DNA of 59,696 nt from Candidatus Limnocylindrales bacterium (GCA_035717785.1 DASTIG010000133.1:1-59696), one strand, 5' to 3'. Shown: positions 39,409 through 49,817, numbered from the stretch's first letter. A program made the numbers and translations. Notes: generated by a model from the letters alone, not told the origin.

Positions 39409-41576
39409 TGCTGACCCAGCGGGCCCCAGTCCTCGCGCGGTTCACGCGGAGCGACGCGATGCGCCTCGGGATCGCCGCGACGAGCCTCATCGTGGCGATG
39501 ACCGCGATCCTCGCCTTCGACATCCCGGCCGACCCCGTCCGCTATGAGGTCGGCGAGGTGGTCCGCGAGGATGTCACGGCACCGAAGGCGGTGTCGTTCG
39601 AGAGCCAGACCCTCACCGACGAGGCCCGCTCGGAAGCGCGCGCGGCTATCCCGCCGCAGTACGATTTCACGGCCGACAACGCGATCGCGATCGCGAATGA
39701 GGGTGCGGCGGCGTTCAGCGAGCGGGTCCGGAATGTCGACACGGCGTTCGCGACCGACCTGACGCCGGAAGAGCGCTCGGCGCTGCTCGAGACGGCGATC
39801 GCCGGACTGAGCGAGACGGCGCAAGCCACGCTGCTCGCGATCGACGCGCCCCGTTGGGCGGCGGTCCGGACCGAGGCCGCGCGCGTCCTCGATGCCACGC
39901 TGCGTACGGAGCTGCGCGACACGGAGGTGGCCCCGACGCGGGCGACGATCGGGAGCCGGCTTGGTGGCGATCTCGACGAGGCCGAGCGGATGCTGGCAGC
40001 CGAGATCATCGCCCCGCTCATCGTCCCGAACTCGTCGTTCGACCAGACCCTGACCGACCAGACACAAGACCGCGCTGCCGAGAACGTCCAGCCGGTGACG
40101 GTGGAGATCGCGCAGGGCGAAGTGGTCGTGCGGAACGGGGAGCCGCTCACGGCCGCCGATCTCGAGGCCATCCAGGCGCTCGGACTGGGCGAGGACGCAC
40201 CTCTCGACCTCGCCACGATCGCCGGCTGGTTCCTGCTGGCGGTGTTGACCGTGGCGATGCTGCTGGCCTGGATCTGGCGCTTCCGACCGACGCTCTGGCA
40301 CCGCGACAACGTGTTGCTGCTGGTCGGGTTGCTGCTCGTGGGAACGACACTCGCCCTCAAGGTCACCGCCGGTCGCGAGGTCCTCGGCTACTTCCTGCCG
40401 ACGGCCGCCATCGGGATGCTGCTCGCGATCCTGCTCGACGCCTCGATCGCGACGATCGTGATCGCCATCATCGCGGTGATCGGTGGTGCGCTGGCCGGCA
40501 CATCGCTCGAATACGCGAGCTACATCTTCCTCGGCGGCCTGGCCGGTATCGTCGCGGTCCGCAAGGGCGATCGACTCCAGGTGTTCGTCCAGGCGGCCAT
40601 CGCCGTCTTCATCGTCAATGCGCTCGTCGTGTCGGTGTTCTCGTTGCTGGGGACGACCGACATCCGCGGTGTGCTGGAACTGTGGTTCGCCTCCGCGGTG
40701 TCGGCCGCCGGATCGTCGGTCGCCGCGGTCGGCACGTTCGCGGTCCTTGGCTCGGCCTTCGGCATCCTCACGGTGTTCCAGCTGCTCGAGCTCGCGAACC
40801 CCTCCCAGCCTTTGTTGCGACGCCTCCTGGTCGAGACGCCGGGGACTTACCACCACTCGTTGATGGTCGGCAATCTCGCAGAACGCGCAGCCGAGGCGAT
40901 CGGCGCCGACCCGCTCGTGACCCGAGTCGCCGCCTATTACCACGACGTCGGTAAGCTCGCGAACCCGCTCGCGTTCATCGAGAACCAGGCGGGCGCCGAG
41001 AACATCCACGATCAGCTCGAGCCCGAGGTCAGCGCCCAGATCCTGAAGCAGCACGTTGCCGACGGTATCGATGCGGCGTATGCGGCGAGCCTGCCCAAGG
41101 CGCTGATCGCGTACATCCCTCAGCACCACGGCACGGCGGTCATGAGCTACTTCTACGCGCGCGCCCGCGAACGCGCCGCCGAGCCGTACGGCGGACTGAA
41201 CACGAAAGAGGGCGCTGCCGCGGCCGCGGCGGTCGACGAACGGAAGTTCCGACACGCCGGCCCGAAGCCGCAGACCCGTGAGGCGGCCCTGATCATGCTC
41301 GCCGACGGCGTGGAAGCCTCGGTTCGATCGCTTGCCTCGCGGGAGGAACCGGCGATCCGGGCGATGGTCGGGCGAATCATCGACGAGCGCATCGCGGACG
41401 GTCAGTTCGACGAATGCGAGATCACGTTGCGCGACCTCGAGCGGATCAAGAATGCCTTCGTCGAGCAGCTGCTCGGCATGTACCACACGCGGATCGCCTA
41501 CCCGCAGAACACGGTCGTTGAGCTGGAGTCACGCCGCGCGGCCGCCGGCGGCGGGGGCGACCGACCCGCGTCGTGA
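39408..41576 (+). CDS. pgpH: 7TM-HD membrane phosphohydrolase (PgpH/YqfF-type HDIG protein)
   Basis: Extracytoplasmic N-terminal domain, 7 TM block, C-terminal HD domain (GTYHHSLMVGNLAE, YYHDVGK, PQHHGT). Confidence 0.85.
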   Translation: MLTQRAPVLARFTRSDAMRLGIAATSLIVAMTAILAFDIPADPVRYEVGEVVREDVTAPKAVSFESQTLTDEARSEARAAIPPQYDFTADNAIAIANEGAAAFSERVRNVDTAFATDLTPEERSALLETAIAGLSETAQATLLAIDAPRWAAVRTEAARVLDATLRTELRDTEVAPTRATIGSRLGGDLDEAERMLAAEIIAPLIVPNSSFDQTLTDQTQDRAAENVQPVTVEIAQGEVVVRNGEPLTAADLEAIQALGLGEDAPLDLATIAGWFLLAVLTVAMLLAWIWRFRPTLWHRDNVLLLVGLLLVGTTLALKVTAGREVLGYFLPTAAIGMLLAILLDASIATIVIAIIAVIGGALAGTSLEYASYIFLGGLAGIVAVRKGDRLQVFVQAAIAVFIVNALVVSVFSLLGTTDIRGVLELWFASAVSAAGSSVAAVGTFAVLGSAFGILTVFQLLELANPSQPLLRRLLVETPGTYHHSLMVGNLAERAAEAIGADPLVTRVAAYYHDVGKLANPLAFIENQAGAENIHDQLEPEVSAQILKQHVADGIDAAYAASLPKALIAYIPQHHGTAVMSYFYARARERAAEPYGGLNTKEGAAAAAAVDERKFRHAGPKPQTREAALIMLADGVEASVRSLASREEPAIRAMVGRIIDERIADGQFDECEITLRDLERIKNAFVEQLLGMYHTRIAYPQNTVVELESRRAAAGGGGDRPAS

Positions 41577-42103
41577 CCCGGGCGATCTACCGCCCGCCGT
41601 GGCGGATCGACCTGGATGTGCGCGACGGCGTCCGGTCGCCGGTCTCGGGTTCCACGCTCGCGCGGACCGTTGCGTCGGCGCTCGACGAGGTCGGTGCTCC
41701 CTCACCCGCGTCGATCGGGCTGGTCCTGACGGACGACCCCGAGATCGCGGTGCTGAACGCTTCACACATGGGCAAGCGAGGACCGACCGACGTCCTGTCG
41801 TTTCCACTGCTCCCGCCGTCCGCGTTCGCGCGCGGGGCGTCTGCGCCGGCTGTCCCTCGCCCGCCCGGGACCCGCATCCACCTCGGCGACATCGTGGTGT
41901 CGGTCGAGCGGGCGATCGAGCAGGCCGAGACCGGCCGTGGCGGCCAGACCGGCGATGTCCGATGGTCCGCGGCGCAGGAGTTGCGCCTGCTCGTGACCCA
42001 CGGCGTGCTCCACATCTGCGGCTGGGACCACGCGTCACCGGACGAAGAGGCGGCGATGCGGGACGTGGAGCGGCGATTGCTCGGGGCCGGCCTTGGGCGG
42101 TGA
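41573..42103 (+). CDS. ybeY: rRNA maturation RNase YbeY
   Basis: TDVLSFP, HGVLHICGWDH zinc motif. GTGA overlap with pgpH. Confidence 0.88.
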   Translation: MTRAIYRPPWRIDLDVRDGVRSPVSGSTLARTVASALDEVGAPSPASIGLVLTDDPEIAVLNASHMGKRGPTDVLSFPLLPPSAFARGASAPAVPRPPGTRIHLGDIVVSVERAIEQAETGRGGQTGDVRWSAAQELRLLVTHGVLHICGWDHASPDEEAAMRDVERRLLGAGLGR

Positions 42104-42124
42104 TCTCGGGCAGGCCGTCCTCCA

Positions 42125-42541
42125 TCAGTACAGGCTGCGGCAGGATGCTCGTGAGGAAGGCGAGTCGCCGCAGCCCGTCATGGACCTGCAGTCGGTCGTA
42201 GGGCATGGCCTGCGCTTCGAGCTCCCGTGGATGGATCGGGCGATGCGAGTGGCCAGGAGACCGGGCAGCGTCGGGCGGAGATAGCGCGTCCGCCGATCCC
42301 GTCGCGAGGGCTTGATCCGGATATAGCCGCGATCGACGAGTCTTGCTACCAGGCTGGTGAAGGTCGACTGTCGCATCCCAAGGTTTCGCCGGATCGCGGC
42401 TGCTGTCGCGTGTTCGTCCTCGAGGGCGGACGCGAGGACCAGGTACTCGCTCGCAGACAGGCCCGTTTCTACGATGTGATCCTCGACGCGATGGGCAAGC
42501 TCGTTTCGGGCCTTCGTAAGGGTGGTGAGGTAGTACGGCAT
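42125..42541 (-). CDS. MarR-family regulator with an atypical C-terminus (possible frameshift)
   Basis: AAGGAG RBS plus ATG at 42541. LSASEYLVLASL......AAIRRNLGMRQSTFTSLVARLVDRGYI......RDRR. The last ~40 aa are Cys/Ser/Arg-rich and do not look MarR-like. Confidence 0.6.
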   Translation of the reverse strand: MPYYLTTLTKARNELAHRVEDHIVETGLSASEYLVLASALEDEHATAAAIRRNLGMRQSTFTSLVARLVDRGYIRIKPSRRDRRTRYLRPTLPGLLATRIARSIHGSSKRRPCPTTDCRSMTGCGDSPSSRASCRSLY

Positions 42542-43174
42542 CGGTCGAGCTCCTTGTCGTCGCGGCGACGACGCGCGCTCCGGCCCCTCGCCGCCAAACC
42601 CATTCCGCCGATATCGGCGCATCGGGACGTCGACATTAGGAGGCGCCGCTCACCAGCCGCTCATCGCGAGCTCACGTCGTGCTCGATCGCACCGGCCAGG
42701 GCGCGAGCGGTTGCCGCTTCGTGCGGGACGCAAGTACGAGATGCGACGAAATCGGCGTATCCGTCGGGACCCCACGGTCTCCCGGTGGGGGATCGAGGCA
42801 GCGGAACTCGGGACTGCGCCGACCCGTCGTCGCCGATGCTTGGTCGACTGCTGCCGCCGTCGATCGCCTACGCCGCCGAGTCGATCAGCCTCGTGTTCGC
42901 GGCCAGACCGTTGGACGGACATGTTCATGTGTCCTGGCAACCGTCGACGCGCGTCACCGTCGAGCTGCGCGAGCCGCTCGGCGACCGCCGCCTTCTCGAC
43001 GCGGGCCTCTTCCCGCCACGCGACGCGAGCCTCCCACCGACCTGATCCGCGCGGGCGCGCCGCGCCGGGTACCATCGGCATTCGGCCCTCCCGCCGAGTT
43101 CCGGGCGACATCGCGTCGCCCCATCGGACGGGATTCGGGTCGTGTCGTGCTGTCCGTCGCTCGTGGAGGAGCGG

Positions 43175-43870
43175 TTGAAGGTCGTCGTCGGTCTCGGCAA
43201 TCCAGGCTCGCAATATGCAGGGACGCGCCACAACATCGGCTGGCTCGTGCTGGACCGCATCGCGGAGCGGGCCGGCTGGTCCGGGCGCGGCCGGCAACGC
43301 GATTCCTCCAACGTCGCGCAGGGCCGGTACAACGGCCTGGACCTGACCCTCGTGAAGCCCTTGACCTGGATGAACGACTCCGGCATCGCTGTCCGCAAGG
43401 TCCTCGCTCGGGAGCATGCGCCGCTGCCCGACATGCTGATCGTCGCCGACGACTTCGCGCTTCCTTTCGGGAAGCTCCGGTTCCGCGAGTCCGGCAGCCA
43501 CGGCGGCCATAACGGGCTGCGCTCGATCGTCGACGAGCTCGGGACCGAGAAGTTCAGCCGTCTTCGTGTCGGCATCGGCGATCCGGCGCGAAACGCCCGC
43601 GACCACGTGCTGTCGCGGTTCGAGCCGGACGAGGCGCAGCGGCTCGACGAACTGCTCGACGCGGCGGCCGACGCAGTCGAGGCGTGGGCCCGTGACGGCA
43701 CCAGCAAGGCGGCCAACCGCTTCAACACGTTCCAGCTCCGCGAGGCCGACCTGACCCGCCTGGCGCCACCCGGCGAGATCGACGGCCCGCCGGACGAGAA
43801 GGGCATCCGCCGGACCAGGACGGGTTGGCGTCGCGTCCTCCCGGGCCGCGACCGAGGATCCGATGTCTGA
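43175..43870 (+). CDS. pth: Peptidyl-tRNA hydrolase with a ~45-aa C-terminal extension
   Basis: VVGLGNPG..Y..TRHN.GW, DD...PFGKLR.R..GS.GGHNGL.S. Start uncertain: TTG 43175, GTG 43163 or GTG 43142. Confidence 0.85.
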   Translation: MKVVVGLGNPGSQYAGTRHNIGWLVLDRIAERAGWSGRGRQRDSSNVAQGRYNGLDLTLVKPLTWMNDSGIAVRKVLAREHAPLPDMLIVADDFALPFGKLRFRESGSHGGHNGLRSIVDELGTEKFSRLRVGIGDPARNARDHVLSRFEPDEAQRLDELLDAAADAVEAWARDGTSKAANRFNTFQLREADLTRLAPPGEIDGPPDEKGIRRTRTGWRRVLPGRDRGSDV

Positions 43871-46800
43871 GTCGACGAGGCCGCCCCTCCGCGGTCGACG
43901 CGGACGGGACCGGCGGATCGCCGAGAAGGTCGCTGCCGACATCGCCGCGCGCCATGCACCCGTCCGGGACGACGAGGCAGTCGATTTCGACGTCGCCGGG
44001 GTGGACGCCGAGGTCGAAGCTGCGCGTCGCGACGAGACGCGGCGGGCGGCGAGATCGAAGCCGAAGTCCCGTCGAGCGGACGAGCGGCCACGATCGGGAC
44101 ACCGGCTCGCGGACCTCTCGGCGCTCCCGCCGCTCCTCGCCGCGACCGGCACGTTCGCGACGCTACGGGAGCGGCTCGGGACGCCGGCCGATCTCGGGCG
44201 GGTCGGCCGTCACGCGAGCGTCGTCGCCGTCCCGCACGGTGCGAAGTCGTACCTTGCAGCCGCGCTGGCGATCGACGAACGCATCGTTTGGATCGCCCGC
44301 GACGCGGAGATCGGCGACCGGGTCGCCGAGGAGCTGCAGGCCTGGATCGGCGATCCGTCGGAAGTCGCCGTCCTGGAGCCGCGGACGGCCCTCGCGTACG
44401 AACGGAGCGAACTCGTGGTCGACGAGACCGCGGCGAGGGTCGCGGCGCTCGCTGCCTGGCGGCATGGGCAGGCGCGTGTCCTGGTGGCGAGCGTACAGGC
44501 ACTCCTCCAGCACACGATCGATCCGGAGGACCTGCCCGACGAAGCGCGCCAGCTCCGGGTCGGAGCGCGACTCCACCAGGACACGCTCCTGCGCGACCTC
44601 CTCGACCTCGGCTATAGCCCTGTCACCGAGGTCGCCGGCAGGGGCGAGTTCGCGCGGCGCGGCGGCATCGTCGATGTGTTCCCGCCGTCGATGGAGCTGC
44701 CGATCCGGATCGAGTTCTTCGGCGACGAGATCGACTCGCTCCGCGCCTTCGATCCGACCGACCAGCGGACGACCGGCAGGGTCGAGCGGGCGGTGCTCCT
44801 CCCGGCGTCGGAGTTCCTCCTGCCGACCGCGGGGGCCGCCGCGATCCGCGACCGTCTCGGCCGGGGCGCGTCCCGTTTGCCCGAGCGGCTCGCGACCGAC
44901 CTGTCCCGGTTCGAGGGCACGACCGACGACCCGTTGCGGCCCGACGCCGCGCACACCGCTGCGTCACGGGCGCTTGCGGTGGGCGACGCTGCGGAGGTGT
45001 GGGCTGCCCACCTCGCTCCGGCGACCGGCCTCGACCACCTCGATCCGGGAACTGTCCTCGTCCTCGACGAGCCGGGCGACATCGCCGAGGCCGCCGGGTT
45101 CCTGTGGCGCCAGGCGGACGAGCGCCGATCCGAGCTGGTCGAGGCCGGGGAGCTGCCGAAGGACTGGCCGTCGACCTACCTGGCGCCGCGCGACTGGAAG
45201 GGCCGCCTGGTCGCGTCGCGGACCCTCGAGCTGACCTGGGAGTCGGAACCGCCCGCGGACGTCGCGATGGCCTCAGGCTCCCGCAGCTCCGGCGACCTAT
45301 TCGGCTGGCGGGAGCCGACGCTGCCGCTCGGGCGCGCCAGCCGGCTGGCGGATGCGGTCGAAACCTGGCAGGAGGACGGCGCCCGGATCGTCCTCGCGTC
45401 GGATCAGGCACCTCGCCTGGCCGAGATCCTCGACGAGGCCGGACACAGCGCCGCCGTGGTCGATCGGCTGGAGGAAGCCCCGCCGCCCGGTGCGATCGCG
45501 CTCGTCGGCCGGAGCTTGAACGGCGGGTTCGGTGGAGGCCCGGACGGCGTCACCTTCGTCACAGACCGCGAGCTCTTCGGCACGGTCCGCGTTCGCCGGC
45601 CGAAGGCCCTACGGCGGGTCGTGCCGCGCGACATCCTCGAACGGCTGACCCCGGGCGATCTCGTCGTCCACATCGATCATGGCGTCGCGCGGTACGAGCA
45701 GATGCTGAGGCGCGGCGGGGCGGGCGAGGAGCGGGACTACCTCGAGCTGTCGTTCGCCGGGGGCGACCGGATCTTCGTGCCGGTCGAGCAGATCGGCCGG
45801 GTCACCCGCTATGCCGGCGGCGAGCGGCCGGCGCTGAGCAAGCTCGGCGGCACCGAGTGGCTGCGCGCCAAGCAGCGGGTGCGTAAGGCCGTCGCCGAGC
45901 TCGCCGAGGAGCTCCTCGCTCTGTATGCGGCTCGGTCGAACGCCGATGGGTACAGGTTCTCGCCGGACACGCCCTGGCAGTCCGAGATGGAGGCGTCGTT
46001 CCCCTACGAGGAGACGATCGACCAGCTGCAGGCCACCGCGGAGGTCAAGGCCGACATGGAACGTCCCGTGCCGATGGACAGGCTTGTCGTCGGGGACGTC
46101 GGCTACGGCAAGACCGAGGTCGCGCTGCGGGGGGCGTTCAAGGCCACGCAGGACGACAAGCAGGTCGCGGTGCTCGTGCCGACGACCGTGCTCGCGGCGC
46201 AGCACCACGCGACGTTCGGCCAGCGATTTGCGGCCTTCCCGCTCGAGGTCCGGATCCTGTCGCGATTCGTCTCGGCGAAGGACCAGGCCGCCACGATCGC
46301 CGGGCTGGGCGACGGGAGCGTGGACGTCGTCATCGGCACGCACAGGCTGTTATCGAAGGACGTTGCCTTCCGCGATCTCGGCCTCGTCGTGGTCGATGAG
46401 GAGCAGCGGTTCGGCGTGGCGGCGAAAGAGAAGCTGAAGCAGCTCCGCCGCGAGGTCGACGTGCTGACACTCTCGGCGACGCCGATCCCGCGGACGCTCA
46501 ACCTGGCGATGGCCGGCATCCGCGACCTGTCGGTGATCGAGACGCCGCCCGAGGACCGCCTGCCGATCCAGACGCGCGTCGCCGAGGCGTCGGCGGGCCT
46601 GGTGCGGGACGCGATCCTGCGCGAGCTCGATCGCGGCGGCCAGGTGTTCTACGTCCACAACCGGGTCGAGACGATCGAGGCACAGGCCGAGCAGCTCCGT
46701 CGCCTGCTGCCCGACGCGCGGTTCGTCGTGGGTCATGGCCAGATGCCGGAGGGCGCCCTCGAGAAGGTGATGATCGCGTTCGCAGCGGGCGAAGCCGACG

Positions 46801-47666
46801 TGCTGGTTTCGACCACGATCATCGAATCGGGGCTAGACATCCCGAATGCCAACACGATCATCATCGATCGCGCAGACACCCTCGGGCTGGCGCAGCTCTA
46901 TCAGCTCCGCGGGCGGGTCGGTCGGTCCTCGCGTCGGGCCTACGCGTACCTGCTCTATCGGCGGCGGGAACGGCTGTCGGACGAGGCTCGCAAGCGCTTG
47001 CAGGCGATCTTCAACGCATCGGAGCTCGGCGCCGGATTCCAGATCGCTTTGTCCGACCTGGAGATCCGGGGTGCGGGCAACATCCTTGGTGGCGAGCAGT
47101 CGGGCCATATGGCCGCCGTCGGTTTCGACCTGTACTCGCGGATGCTGGCCGAGGCTGTCGAGGCCCAGAAGGCGTCGCGCGAGGGCAGGGCGCCGATCGT
47201 CGAGACACCGCAGGCCGTGGTCGACTTGCCGGTCGATGCGCATCTGCCCGACGACTACGTGCCCGACGTGGCGCAGAAGCTCGAGCTGTATCGACGGTTG
47301 GCGCGCGCCCGGTCGGCCGGCGACGTGGCTGCCTTCCGTCAGGAGGTCACGGATCGGTTCGGTCCGATGCCGGCGTCGGTGACCCGACTGGTCGAGGTGG
47401 CGGAGCTGCGACTGGCGGCTGAAGCGGCCGGCGTGTCGTCGATCTCGCGGGAGGAGGGTCGCCTGGTCGTGCGATTCGGGACGGGGCTCACGCGTGCTGC
47501 AGCGATGCGGCTCCTCGGCGACGGGGGATTGCCGGGCGTCCGTCCCGCCGACGTGACCTTCGCTTCGAACCAGGTCCGCATCCGGGTGCCGACCGGTCCG
47601 GGTCGCGCGTGGCAGCTCACGCAGGCCGTGGTGGCGCGATTGGGCGCGGAGGCATCCGTGGCGTGA
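43863..47666 (+). CDS. mfd: Transcription-repair coupling factor Mfd
   Basis: CarD/TRCF domain (GDLVVHIDHGVARY), DEAD-box helicase motifs (GDVGYGKTEVA, DEEQRFG, LSATPIPRT), TRG motif, C-terminal D7. The N-terminal ~85 aa are Arg-rich and may not all be translated. Confidence 0.9.
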   Translation: MSESTRPPLRGRRGRDRRIAEKVAADIAARHAPVRDDEAVDFDVAGVDAEVEAARRDETRRAARSKPKSRRADERPRSGHRLADLSALPPLLAATGTFATLRERLGTPADLGRVGRHASVVAVPHGAKSYLAAALAIDERIVWIARDAEIGDRVAEELQAWIGDPSEVAVLEPRTALAYERSELVVDETAARVAALAAWRHGQARVLVASVQALLQHTIDPEDLPDEARQLRVGARLHQDTLLRDLLDLGYSPVTEVAGRGEFARRGGIVDVFPPSMELPIRIEFFGDEIDSLRAFDPTDQRTTGRVERAVLLPASEFLLPTAGAAAIRDRLGRGASRLPERLATDLSRFEGTTDDPLRPDAAHTAASRALAVGDAAEVWAAHLAPATGLDHLDPGTVLVLDEPGDIAEAAGFLWRQADERRSELVEAGELPKDWPSTYLAPRDWKGRLVASRTLELTWESEPPADVAMASGSRSSGDLFGWREPTLPLGRASRLADAVETWQEDGARIVLASDQAPRLAEILDEAGHSAAVVDRLEEAPPPGAIALVGRSLNGGFGGGPDGVTFVTDRELFGTVRVRRPKALRRVVPRDILERLTPGDLVVHIDHGVARYEQMLRRGGAGEERDYLELSFAGGDRIFVPVEQIGRVTRYAGGERPALSKLGGTEWLRAKQRVRKAVAELAEELLALYAARSNADGYRFSPDTPWQSEMEASFPYEETIDQLQATAEVKADMERPVPMDRLVVGDVGYGKTEVALRGAFKATQDDKQVAVLVPTTVLAAQHHATFGQRFAAFPLEVRILSRFVSAKDQAATIAGLGDGSVDVVIGTHRLLSKDVAFRDLGLVVVDEEQRFGVAAKEKLKQLRREVDVLTLSATPIPRTLNLAMAGIRDLSVIETPPEDRLPIQTRVAEASAGLVRDAILRELDRGGQVFYVHNRVETIEAQAEQLRRLLPDARFVVGHGQMPEGALEKVMIAFAAGEADVLVSTTIIESGLDIPNANTIIIDRADTLGLAQLYQLRGRVGRSSRRAYAYLLYRRRERLSDEARKRLQAIFNASELGAGFQIALSDLEIRGAGNILGGEQSGHMAAVGFDLYSRMLAEAVEAQKASREGRAPIVETPQAVVDLPVDAHLPDDYVPDVAQKLELYRRLARARSAGDVAAFRQEVTDRFGPMPASVTRLVEVAELRLAAEAAGVSSISREEGRLVVRFGTGLTRAAAMRLLGDGGLPGVRPADVTFASNQVRIRVPTGPGRAWQLTQAVVARLGAEASVA

Positions 47667-48139
47667 TCGCGGTCCGATCCCCGGGGCCGGACGATCGCGA
47701 TCGCATCGCTGCGTTCCTCGAGGAGCACGGCATGCGCCATGCGGCACGGCTCGGCGAGCTGCACGACCCGGTCGCCGATGAGGCGTTCCTCGCCGAGGAT
47801 GGTGGCGACCTCGTCGGTGTCCTGACATATCGCATCGACGGCCGCGAGTGTGAGGTCTCGACGCTCTACGCGGCGACGTCCCTGCAGGGGATCGGGTCCG
47901 CGCTCATCGAAGCGGTCGTGGACGCCGCCCGCACCGCTGGCTCCGATCGACTCTGGCTGGTCACGACCAACGACAACGTGGATGCCATGCGGTTCTATCA
48001 GCGACGCGGCTTCCGCCTGGTCGAGCTGCACGCGGGCGCGGTGGATGCGAGCCGAGCGACGCTCAAGCCGTCGATCCCAGCGATCGGTGAGCACGGCATC
48101 CCGCTGCACGATGAGCTGGTCCTTGAGCGACGCCTCTGA
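47663..48139 (+). CDS. GNAT family N-acetyltransferase
   Basis: QGIGSALIEAVV, NVDAMRFYQRRGF. GTG in a GTGA overlap with the mfd stop. Confidence 0.8.
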   Translation: MIAVRSPGPDDRDRIAAFLEEHGMRHAARLGELHDPVADEAFLAEDGGDLVGVLTYRIDGRECEVSTLYAATSLQGIGSALIEAVVDAARTAGSDRLWLVTTNDNVDAMRFYQRRGFRLVELHAGAVDASRATLKPSIPAIGEHGIPLHDELVLERRL

Positions 48140-48248
48140 CCCGGCGTGCGACGAACGGCCGGGCGATCCGGCCGTCCGCGACAGATGACGTATGCCCATC
48201 GGACGGACCGCCGAGGCACGCCATGGCGAACTTGGGCAAACTTGGACC

Positions 48249-49709
48249 ATGACACTCAGCCAAGCAGCTGACGAAGTCCCCCGGCCGGACCGACAGCATA
48301 CGGGGACGCGCGGTGGCGGGGGACTGTGGTCGCCCGGACGCCGTGGCCTGACGGTCGGGCTGGTCCTGACGATCACCCTGGTCGCCTTCGAGGCACTCGC
48401 GGTCTCGACGATCATGCCGATCGTCGCGGACGAGCTGAACGGCCTCGAGCTGTACGGCTGGGTGTTCACGGCCTTCATGCTCGGCTCGCTCATCGGGATA
48501 GTGCTCGTCGGTGGGCTCATCGATCGGCGTGGACTCGGCGGCCCGTTCGCGGCCGGTATCGGGCTCTTCGCGATCGGCCTGATCATCGGTGGCCTCGCGC
48601 CGACGATGGAGATCCTGGTCGGCGCCCGATTCCTCCAGGGCCTGGGCGCGGGAACAGTGCCCCCGATCGCGTATGTCGCGATCGGCCGAAGCCTGCCGGA
48701 GCACCTGCGCCCACAGATGTTCGCGACCCTCTCCACCGCCTGGATCCTGCCGGGGGTGCTCGGACCGGCGATCGCCGGCATCGTTGGCGAGGCGGCGGGC
48801 TGGAGATGGGTCTTCCTTGGCTTGCTCCCGCTCATCGTCGTGTCGTCGGCGATCGCGTTTCCAGCAGTCCGTCGGATCGGCCCCGACCCTTCCGATGCGA
48901 AGAACGCATCGACGCTGCGCGAACGCGCCCCACTCGCGATCGTCGTCGCGCTCGGTACCGGCCTGCTGCTCGCTGGCCTGACCAGTGGCGTCCCGGTCCT
49001 GCTCGGCCTGTTCGGGGTCCTGGGGACCGTATTGGCCGTCTTTGCCCTGCGCCGCCTGACGCCGACAGGGACACTGCGCGCCGCACGGGGTCTCCCGACG
49101 GCCGTGTTGATGCGCGGCATCATCACGTTCGCGTTCTTCGCGGTCGATGCGTACGTCGCCCTGGCCCTCGTCGAGTGGCGCGGTCTTCGTCCGGCCGAGG
49201 CCGGCATCGCGCTCACCGCGGCCACGATCAGCTGGACCGCCGGCTCGTGGACCCAGGCGCGCCTGTCCTCGCGCTACTCATCGGCGAGGTTCGTTCGTGT
49301 CGGGCTCGTCGTCCTGGTCGCAGGTCTCGCGAGCTTCATGATCGTTCTCGTGCCCGAGGTCACGCCATGGCTGGCCATCCCGACCTTGGCCCTGGCCGGC
49401 TACGCGATGGGCCTCGCCTACTCGCCGCTCGCGCTCATCGTCCTGCGCGAAGCGCCCACGGCCGAGCAGGGCCGGGCATCCGCAGCGATCTCCCTGACCG
49501 ACTCCCTCGGAACGGCGCTCGGGACCGGCGTCACCGGGGCGCTGGTCGCCGCGTCGGTGCGCGGCGGCAGTGGCCCGGCGATCGGGCTGGCGGTCGGATT
49601 CGCGGTGGCCGTGGGGGTCGCGCTGGTCGGGGTCGCGATCGGTGGTCGGCTGCACGAGCGGGCCGTACACGAGCCGGTCACAGGCGCGCTCGTGGCGCCT
49701 GGATCGTGA
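48249..49709 (+). CDS. MFS transporter
   Basis: 12+ TM, GGLIDRRG (motif A-like), ARFLQGLGAG. Start ATG 48249 or 48192. Confidence 0.85.
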   Translation: MTLSQAADEVPRPDRQHTGTRGGGGLWSPGRRGLTVGLVLTITLVAFEALAVSTIMPIVADELNGLELYGWVFTAFMLGSLIGIVLVGGLIDRRGLGGPFAAGIGLFAIGLIIGGLAPTMEILVGARFLQGLGAGTVPPIAYVAIGRSLPEHLRPQMFATLSTAWILPGVLGPAIAGIVGEAAGWRWVFLGLLPLIVVSSAIAFPAVRRIGPDPSDAKNASTLRERAPLAIVVALGTGLLLAGLTSGVPVLLGLFGVLGTVLAVFALRRLTPTGTLRAARGLPTAVLMRGIITFAFFAVDAYVALALVEWRGLRPAEAGIALTAATISWTAGSWTQARLSSRYSSARFVRVGLVVLVAGLASFMIVLVPEVTPWLAIPTLALAGYAMGLAYSPLALIVLREAPTAEQGRASAAISLTDSLGTALGTGVTGALVAASVRGGSGPAIGLAVGFAVAVGVALVGVAIGGRLHERAVHEPVTGALVAPGS

Positions 49710-49817
49710 TACGCGGAAGCACGGCACGCCTGCGGTAGACTTTCCGCCGGCCCTACGACGCGTCCTGACGTCCGGCCGCGAGCCTGCGTGACCCACCCGA
49801 GGGAGGACCCGATCCCG

